Source: Verrucomicrobiota bacterium
Lineage (GTDB): Bacteria > Verrucomicrobiota > Verrucomicrobiia > Limisphaerales > CANJXF01
Assembly: GCA_038214755.1 (NCBI GenBank)
Contig: JBBQRQ010000130.1
Coordinates: 1-11,303 of the forward strand
DNA length: 11,303 bases
Direction of reading: 5' to 3'
In this document: in pieces, positions 6,002 through 11,303 of the stretch
How the letters are laid out: the number at the start of each line of letters is the position of its first letter
How positions within the stretch are numbered: position 1 is the first letter of the stretch
The notes under the pieces: model-generated
The model's input: the letters and a program-made list of their open reading frames with translations, nothing else
Databases searched by the model: none
Told to the model about the DNA's origin: nothing
Position numbers and translations under genes: made by a program

Positions 6002-7510
6002 TTACAACTGGCCGACGGCGAAGCTCAGAGCGTATTGCGCGGAATTGTAATCGGCGATGGCTTTCAAATAATCAAAACGCGCCCGGGTCAAATCCTGTTC
6101 GGCCTGGATATTTTCCAAGACAACTCCCACGGCAAATTCCCTGCGCAATCCAGCGAGACGCAAACTTTCTTCCGCGCTGGTGAGAATTTTTTTGGCCGAG
6201 GCGATCTGGTCGCGCAACGACTCGACTCGGACAAACGCCTCAACCACCTGCCGCCAAATTTCGTCATCCATTTTTGTGGCGGACAGTTCAACTGTCTTCA
6301 AACGGGATTCCGCCGCGCGCGTTCTGCCGAAATCGAACAGGCCGCCGGGCCCGATTTTCCAACTCACGCCGACGAAGTAATCTTCCTGCTCGCCGAATCG
6401 GCTGGGACCAGCACTGCTGTCCCCGCCCAATCCGCCCGCAAAAACTTGCGCGCCGACAGATGGAATGAGCGGGCCATAAACCGCGCCCTGTTTTGTCTTT
6501 TCCGCAGCGGCGATGGAAGCGCGACTTTGTTTTAATTCCGGCCTCATCGAACTCGCCTGCGCGAGGAACGAGCCGAGGGAAACGTTGGTTGCAAAAAGTG
6601 TGAGCGGCATCAACTCGGAATTTTCCGCGACGAGTTCCACCGCAGGATCGAGATGCAGCGTTTGCGCCAGACGCGCGGCGGCCGTGCGCCGTTGCTCTTC
6701 AGATTGCCGCAGCGAAAGTCGATTTCTCTCCGACTGAATTTTCACGCGCAATTCGTCGCCTTTGAAAGTGAGTCCGGCGGAAACCACCTCGCGGATTTGT
6801 CCTTCGTAATTTGTGGAAATTTGCACCGACTCCTCCGCCACTCGAATCGCCGCCTGCGCAAAAAGCAGCGCGAAATAATTTTGCGCTGCCGCTCGCGTTG
6901 TCTCCTGCCGCTGCGCGGCGAAAGCATGTTCGGCGACATTCACCTGCTGTTTGGCAGCGAGGGATTTGTAAATCGCGTCGCCCAAATCCACTTGCGCGCC
7001 GAGCGTCGCGCCCGGCGCATAGGATTGTTTGTGAACGTCAATTAATTTTCCCTCTACGGTTTGGATGAGATTATCGTGCCTTCGGTAACTTACGCCCGGC
7101 GAAAGCCAGGGAAAAAATTGCGCCATCGCGCTGGTGTGATTGGCCCTGGCCTCGTTTAATTTTTCCCGCGCGATTTGGATGTCGAGATTTTGTGCGCTGG
7201 CCAGGCGAAGCGCGGTTGGCAGGTCAATGGTGTAAAAATTCGTTCCAGTTTTGTTTGTATGCGAGACATCGGCTTGCGCAAATAAGGTCGGCGCGAGATT
7301 GAGCCAGGCGACGGCGAGAACGAGAACGTAGCGCAGATTTTTAATCTGCTGTATCGCAGGTTTAAAACCTGCAAAGCGTCGAAAACAACCGGTCCGCTTC
7401 CGAATTTCCACCGTCTTGCCGATTGCAAATCGGCGATACGGCAGGTTGCAAACCTGCGCTACAAAGCCCGCGCGAATCGTCAATCGTAAATCGTCAATCC
7501 GAAGTTTCAT
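6002..7510 (-). CDS. TolC family outer membrane efflux protein with a repeat-derived N-terminal extension
   Basis: 502 aa with OEP features (IDLPTALRLASAQNLDI, RPELKQ, LSFAVGQL). Signal h-region VLVLAVAWLNLAPTLFA. The ATG at 7510 overlaps the MFP stop (ATGA). Confidence 0.92.
   Translation of the reverse strand: MKLRIDDLRLTIRAGFVAQVCNLPYRRFAIGKTVEIRKRTGCFRRFAGFKPAIQQIKNLRYVLVLAVAWLNLAPTLFAQADVSHTNKTGTNFYTIDLPTALRLASAQNLDIQIAREKLNEARANHTSAMAQFFPWLSPGVSYRRHDNLIQTVEGKLIDVHKQSYAPGATLGAQVDLGDAIYKSLAAKQQVNVAEHAFAAQRQETTRAAAQNYFALLFAQAAIRVAEESVQISTNYEGQIREVVSAGLTFKGDELRVKIQSERNRLSLRQSEEQRRTAAARLAQTLHLDPAVELVAENSELMPLTLFATNVSLGSFLAQASSMRPELKQSRASIAAAEKTKQGAVYGPLIPSVGAQVFAGGLGGDSSAGPSRFGEQEDYFVGVSWKIGPGGLFDFGRTRAAESRLKTVELSATKMDDEIWRQVVEAFVRVESLRDQIASAKKILTSAEESLRLAGLRREFAVGVVLENIQAEQDLTRARFDYLKAIADYNSAQYALSFAVGQL
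7328..7462. repeat. GTAG-type REP doublet, family D, in frame inside the tolC-like gene
   Basis: gtagcgcagatttttaatctgctgtatcgcaggtttaaaacctgc (7328-7372) and gccgattgcaaatcggcgatacggcaggttgcaaacctgcgctac (7418-7462). 135 bp = 45 codons (VAQVCNL...KNLRY). Confidence 0.9.
7475..7499. repeat. Heptamer tandem repeat (AATCGTM)x3.5 in the tolC-like 5' end
   Basis: aatcgtc-aatcgta-aatcgtc-aatc, encoding IDDLRLTI. Confidence 0.7.
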
Positions 7511-8712
7511 TTCGCCTCCACCACTTTCACGGGCTGTCCATTGGCCAACGTCATTTTGCCAACCAAAATCACGGGCACATTTTCGGAAACATTTTCGAGC
7601 ATCTCGACGAAAACGCCGTCGTTAAAACCGGTTTTCACCGCGACCTTTTTTGCTTTCCCATCAACGACGGTAAAAACAGACGACCCGTTTTTTTCCACGA
7701 GCACCGCCTCGACCGGCAATAGTAAAGTGTTGGAATGTTTTTCCACGCCGATTTTGGCGATGGCGTACATGCCGGGACGCAACGCGCCGCTGGAATTTTC
7801 CAAATCAATTTCGACGAGCATCGTTTTGCTCGCGTCATCCAGCGCCTGGGAAAACCGCGTGACGTTTCCCACAAAATTTTTTCCGGGCAATTCTTCGACG
7901 GACACCTTCACCGGGAGATTTTTTTTAATGAGCGGAACTTCCGGTTCAGGCACGGCGACTTGGACGCGGACAGTTTTGAAATCCGCAATGGTCAGCAACG
8001 CCGCATTTTGCGGCGCGCTGCCCGAAGTTGCCGCTGGAACAAATGCGCCAACATCAACAAAGCGTTTCGTGATCACGCCGGAGAACGGCGCGCTGATTTT
8101 GCAAAAACTCATGAGCGTTTCGGCGCGATCCAAATTCGCTTTGGCCATCGCGCTTTTTGATTTTACGGTATCAACCGACTGCGAGACGATGAGGTCGGGC
8201 GCTTTTTTTTGCGCGTCGCTGGCGCGTTTGAAATCCAGTTCGGCAATTTCAAATTCAGCTTTGTATTTGGCGAGGTCAGCCAGAAGCTCGGGCACCTCAA
8301 TCTCCGCGAGCACATCGCCGGCTTTGACTTCATCGCCTTTGTCCACGGCAATCGTTTTTAAATAGCCGGTGACTTTTGAGTAGAGCGTCGCTTGCTGATT
8401 GGCGACAACATTGGCGGGAAGAGAAATAGTTCGCAGAATTTCGCCGCGCTTCGGCTCGACCAATTTCACGCTGACCGGCGGCGCAATTTTTTGCGGCAGA
8501 GAAGACTCACTCGGCTTGCAACCGGAAAGAACGCCGAAGAAAACGGGAGCGATTAAAAATATAATTGTAACGCCATGTCGAAGGACCACGCATTTTCGAC
8601 AAAATTTCTCCCGTAACGGAGCGCCGGTTTGCAACCGGCTTTGAATCCATCCGCCGAGGCCAAGCCGATTGGAAACCAGCGCTCCGATCTGAACCATGAT
8701 TGTTTTGCGCAT
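7507..8712 (-). CDS. Efflux RND transporter periplasmic adaptor (membrane fusion protein), probable lipoprotein
   Basis: Motifs KVTGYLKTIAVDKGDEVKAGDVLAEI, ISAPFSGVITKRFVDVG and LRPGMY, with lipobox LSGC after a hydrophobic stretch. Start placed at ATG 8712 (4 nt after the EamA stop) rather than 8820. GTG at 8589 is an alternative. Confidence 0.92.
   Translation of the reverse strand: MRKTIMVQIGALVSNRLGLGGWIQSRLQTGAPLREKFCRKCVVLRHGVTIIFLIAPVFFGVLSGCKPSESSLPQKIAPPVSVKLVEPKRGEILRTISLPANVVANQQATLYSKVTGYLKTIAVDKGDEVKAGDVLAEIEVPELLADLAKYKAEFEIAELDFKRASDAQKKAPDLIVSQSVDTVKSKSAMAKANLDRAETLMSFCKISAPFSGVITKRFVDVGAFVPAATSGSAPQNAALLTIADFKTVRVQVAVPEPEVPLIKKNLPVKVSVEELPGKNFVGNVTRFSQALDDASKTMLVEIDLENSSGALRPGMYAIAKIGVEKHSNTLLLPVEAVLVEKNGSSVFTVVDGKAKKVAVKTGFNDGVFVEMLENVSENVPVILVGKMTLANGQPVKVVEAK
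8617..8686. repeat. GGAG-type REP doublet, family E, in the MFP 5' region
   Basis: cggagcgccggtttgcaaccggctt (8617-8641) and aagccgattggaaaccagcgctccg (8662-8686). It uses the same 17-nt hairpin unit as family D. Confidence 0.8.
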
Positions 8713-8716
8713 ATTT

Positions 8717-9154
8717 TTACGAATGGGGCGAGTAGCGAAGCAAAAACAGGCCGGCGAGTGAAAGCGCAATTCCCAGCAAGCGTTGCCAGTAAGCGGGTTC
8801 CTTAAAAAATAAAATTCCAACCACGGCCATGAGCGCCGCGCCGCCCGCCAGAATCATCGGCACGGCGGAAAGCGGCCCGCCTTTTTGAAAAAGTAAAAAG
8901 AAAAAAATAGTTCCAACTCCGACACACAACCCGGTCAGCACCGAATAGAAAATTCCCGGCCCGCTGGATTTTTGGTTCCATTCTCCCGCGAACCAGAGCC
9001 AGCCGAGATAAAACGCAATGGTAATGGCCGCGCTCGCCTCCACCGTAAATCCACCGAGTCCATCGCCGATTTTGTCCGCCGCCATTTTTGTGAAGATTTG
9101 ATGCAGGCCGTAAAGAATTGCCGCTCCAACCGCATACCAAAACCAGTTTGTCAT
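8717..9154 (-). CDS. Single-domain EamA/DMT family transporter
   Basis: 145 aa with about 5 hydrophobic segments (WFWYAVGAAILYG...FTK, GGPLSAVP, GILFFKEP, LLGIALSLAGLFLL). Start is ATG 9154 (after AAAGG) or in-frame ATG 9169. Confidence 0.88.
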   Translation of the reverse strand: MTNWFWYAVGAAILYGLHQIFTKMAADKIGDGLGGFTVEASAAITIAFYLGWLWFAGEWNQKSSGPGIFYSVLTGLCVGVGTIFFFLLFQKGGPLSAVPMILAGGAALMAVVGILFFKEPAYWQRLLGIALSLAGLFLLRYSPHS

Positions 9155-9158
9155 GTTG

Positions 9159-9335
9159 CCTTTTTTCATGGGCGCATCGTGGCACAACGTCCACAGTAGT
9201 GGGGCGGACATCCTGTCTGCCGTCTGGGGCTTCCAGCCCCAGGATTCGCGGGCAAGATGCCCGCTCGGACAGGCTGGAAGCCCGCCCCACTACATCTGAT
9301 TGGCGGTGGGGCCGAGATGCGTCCTTTTTTCATGG
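9159..9335. repeat. 13-bp direct repeat CCTTTTTTCATGG flanking a REP-containing segment
   Basis: Identical copies at 9159-9171 and 9323-9335, 164 bp apart. On the minus strand each reads ccATGAaaaaagg. Confidence 0.75.
9196..9293. repeat. GTAG-type REP doublet, family F (intergenic)
   Basis: gtagtggggcgg...ccgccccactac with internal hairpins (ctggggcttccagccccag, gcgggcaagatgcccgc). It shares ggacaggctggaagcc with 9654-9669. Confidence 0.85.
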
Positions 9336-11303
9336 TTGAGATTTTTGAAAAATAAAATACGCGCTCTGCGAATCATCCGGGTCAAGCGAGACAGATTTCG
9401 TTTTTTGATTTTTCAAAACGATGGCGAAAACAGAGGGCAGAATAAACAGCGTTGCAAAAGTCGCCGCCGCCAAACCGCCGATGACCGCGCGGCCAAGCGG
9501 CGCGGTTTGTTCGCCGCCGTCGCCCAGTCCGAGCGCCATCGGAATCATTCCCGCGATCATCGCGCAACTGGTCATGAGGATCGGGCGGAGACGACTGCGC
9601 GCGCCTTCGACTGCGGCATCGCTGGAGAGTAGGGCGGGCGTCTCGCCGGACTTGGACAGGCTGGAAGCCTGTCCTACTCTGGCGCGCTCGGCAAAAGTCA
9701 CGAGGAGGATCGCGTTCGCCACCGCCACGCCGACCGCCATGATCGCGCCCATGAACGATTGAATGTTCAATGTCGTTCGCGTGAGCCAGAGCATCAGCGT
9801 TACGCCAGCGATCACGGCAGGAACTGCGGACACTACCACGAGCGAGAGACGCAGCGATTGGAAATTGGCGGCGAGCAAAAGAAAAATAATCACCACCGCG
9901 AGCAGCAAGCCCGTCTTCAATCCATCAAGCATCTGGTTCATCGGCACGATTTGCCCGCGCAGATTCACCGTGGTTTTTGCCGGCGGATCGCCCACGTCGC
10001 GCAAAACTTTTTCGATTTGTTTCGACACGGTTCCGAGGTCCGCGCCGGAAATATTTGCGGTCAACGTGATCAATCGTTGCATGTTGTATCGGTCATACTC
10101 GCCGACAGCGGTTCCTTCGCTGACGTTCGCGATGTTGCGCAGCAATGTGGATTTTCCATCTTTATTCGAGATAGGAACATTTTTGATTTCTTCGAGCGAA
10201 TTCATTTTCGCCGTTGGAATCTGGACTTGCAGATTGTAACTGACGCCGCTGTTGGCGTCGGCCCAATAATTCGGAATTGTAAAACGACTCGAAGCGGTCG
10301 CGGCCACGAGAGAACGGGTCGCGTCCGAAACTTTCACGCCCATCAATCCGGCACGCTCGCGATTGATGGCCACATCCACCGTCGGATAATCAAGCGCCTG
10401 GCCAAACTGAAGGTCGCGCAGCGCAGAGATTTTCAAAAGTTTCTCGCGAATTTTTTCCGCGTATTCGCGGCTGGCGACGAGGTTCGGCCCGGCGACGGCG
10501 ACTTCAATCGGTGTTGGGGAACCGAAGCTCATCACGCGGCTGACGATGTCGCTTGGCTCGAAAGAAAATTTCACATCGGGCATTTGCTCGGAAAAAATCT
10601 GGCGCATCCGCTCCTTCAACTTTTCGATTCTAACCGGCGCGTCGTGTTTCAATTGCACTTGCAGCACCGCTTCTTCCGGGCCGCTGTTCCAGAGGTGAAT
10701 CAGGTTGACCGGGTAACTCGGCGCATGAACGCCGACGAATGCGAGAGTGATGGCGACGTGGTTCGACCCGACTTCGTTCTTGATGAGTTCGAGCGTTTGC
10801 AGCGCGAAGGCTTCGGTTTTCTCGACGCGAGTTCCGGTGGCCGCGCGAAGGCGAACGGAAAGTTGGCCGGCGTCAACTTTTGGAAAAATTTCGGTGCCGA
10901 GTTGTTTGCCAAAAATCCAAATCACGACAGCCGCGAGAAAAAGATAAACGAATAAAACGAGCCAGCGGACGCGGACGGTTTGTTGGAGGAATTGAGAGTA
11001 GCGGGATTGCAGGCGCGCGAAACCCCTCACCCCGGCCCTCTCCCCTTCCGAAGGGGCGAGGGAGAATCGTTCGCCGCCCGTCCTTAAATTCCCGTCTGTG
11101 GTCAAATTCCCACCCGCTGTCAAATCACCTTGCGCCACCAAATCAGTGCGCTCGGATTTCTGATTCGCTAGAGTTGATTCTCCCTCACCAACCAAACCAG
11201 AGGCGGATGTTGAAAGCGGGACGTCCAACCGTTCTTTGGCTGAATACGATTCTCCCTCTCCCATCGGATGGGAGAGGGCCGGGGTGAGGGCGTTTGGTTT
11301 TTC
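9330..11303 (-). CDS. Efflux RND transporter permease (AcrB/AcrD/AcrF-CzcA superfamily), C-terminal half with the 5' end outside the window
   Basis: Motifs LGTEIFPKVDAGQ, FQSLRL..VV.SAVP, LNIQSFMGAI, NAILLV, RLRPILMT and APLGRAVIGGL. The frame is open upstream of 11264 to the edge (EKPNALTPALSHP-M), so the ATG at 11264 is internal. Confidence 0.95.
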   Translation of the reverse strand, partial: EKPNALTPALSHPMGEGESYSAKERLDVPLSTSASGLVGEGESTLANQKSERTDLVAQGDLTAGGNLTTDGNLRTGGERFSLAPSEGERAGVRGFARLQSRYSQFLQQTVRVRWLVLFVYLFLAAVVIWIFGKQLGTEIFPKVDAGQLSVRLRAATGTRVEKTEAFALQTLELIKNEVGSNHVAITLAFVGVHAPSYPVNLIHLWNSGPEEAVLQVQLKHDAPVRIEKLKERMRQIFSEQMPDVKFSFEPSDIVSRVMSFGSPTPIEVAVAGPNLVASREYAEKIREKLLKISALRDLQFGQALDYPTVDVAINRERAGLMGVKVSDATRSLVAATASSRFTIPNYWADANSGVSYNLQVQIPTAKMNSLEEIKNVPISNKDGKSTLLRNIANVSEGTAVGEYDRYNMQRLITLTANISGADLGTVSKQIEKVLRDVGDPPAKTTVNLRGQIVPMNQMLDGLKTGLLLAVVIIFLLLAANFQSLRLSLVVVSAVPAVIAGVTLMLWLTRTTLNIQSFMGAIMAVGVAVANAILLVTFAERARVGQASSLSKSGETPALLSSDAAVEGARSRLRPILMTSCAMIAGMIPMALGLGDGGEQTAPLGRAVIGGLAAATFATLFILPSVFAIVLKNQKTKSVSLDPDDSQSAYFIFQKSQP
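9629..9677. repeat. GTAG-type REP doublet (family F-related), in frame inside the RND permease
   Basis: gtagggcgggcgtctcgccggacttggacaggctggaagcctgtcctac, encoding VGQASSLSKSGETPAL between NAILLVTFAE and AAVEGARSRLRP. Confidence 0.85.
11023..11290. repeat. REP doublet, family C, in frame inside the RND permease
   Basis: cccctcaccccggccctctccccttccgaaggggcgagggagaatcgt (11023-11070) and the inverted acgattctccctctcccatcggatgggagagggccggggtgaggg (11246-11290). No stop in the permease frame. Confidence 0.88.

Noticed and set aside
8713..9211. ORF-track starts at 8820 (MFP) and 9211 (EamA)
   Set aside because: 8820 overlaps the EamA gene by about 100 bp and 9211 lies inside the family F repeat. 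Downstream starts fit better.
1872..9293. CRISPR array or integron attC array
   Set aside because: The repeats are dispersed inverted doublets of several families, not regularly spaced direct repeats. No consistent RYYYAAC/GTTRRRY ends, cas genes or integrase were found.
968..10955. Long plus-strand ORFs (968-1516, 2196-3215, 3959-4597, 4557-5129, 5720-6535, 7541-8365, 9759-10955)
   Set aside because: Antisense shadows of well-conserved minus-strand genes, with no family motifs.
11262..11264. ATG 11264 as the start of the RND permease
   Set aside because: It lies within a REP arm, the frame is open to the window edge, and the N-terminal half of an RND permease is missing.

Overview
An 11.3 kb bacterial window in which every real gene is on the minus strand. 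Gene content and repeat types suggest Verrucomicrobia/PVC (inference only). Read right to left: an RND efflux operon (AcrB/CzcA-type permease running off the window edge, a single-domain EamA/DMT protein, a membrane-fusion lipoprotein, a TolC-family channel), a DUF47 + PiT phosphate transporter pair, an NADPH-dependent FMN reductase, a LOG-family protein, an M16 zinc peptidase, and at the left end a frameshifted AbrB/MazE-like gene and the start of a small hypothetical gene. The core proteins are ordinary, but the non-coding layer is not. At least six families of REP/REPIN-like palindromic doublets (most bounded by GTAG...CTAC) plus short tandem repeats fill most of the larger intergenic gaps. 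Copies of these families also sit in frame inside the efflux pump genes, apparently at permissive sites (signal-peptide n-regions, cytoplasmic loops). One insertion duplicates a 13-bp stop/start junction and creates a 55-codon ORF that preserves ATGA overlaps on both sides. Four genes share a -35/-10 geometry ending 6-7 nt before the ATG, suggesting leaderless transcripts. No transposase, rRNA, tRNA or CRISPR array was found.
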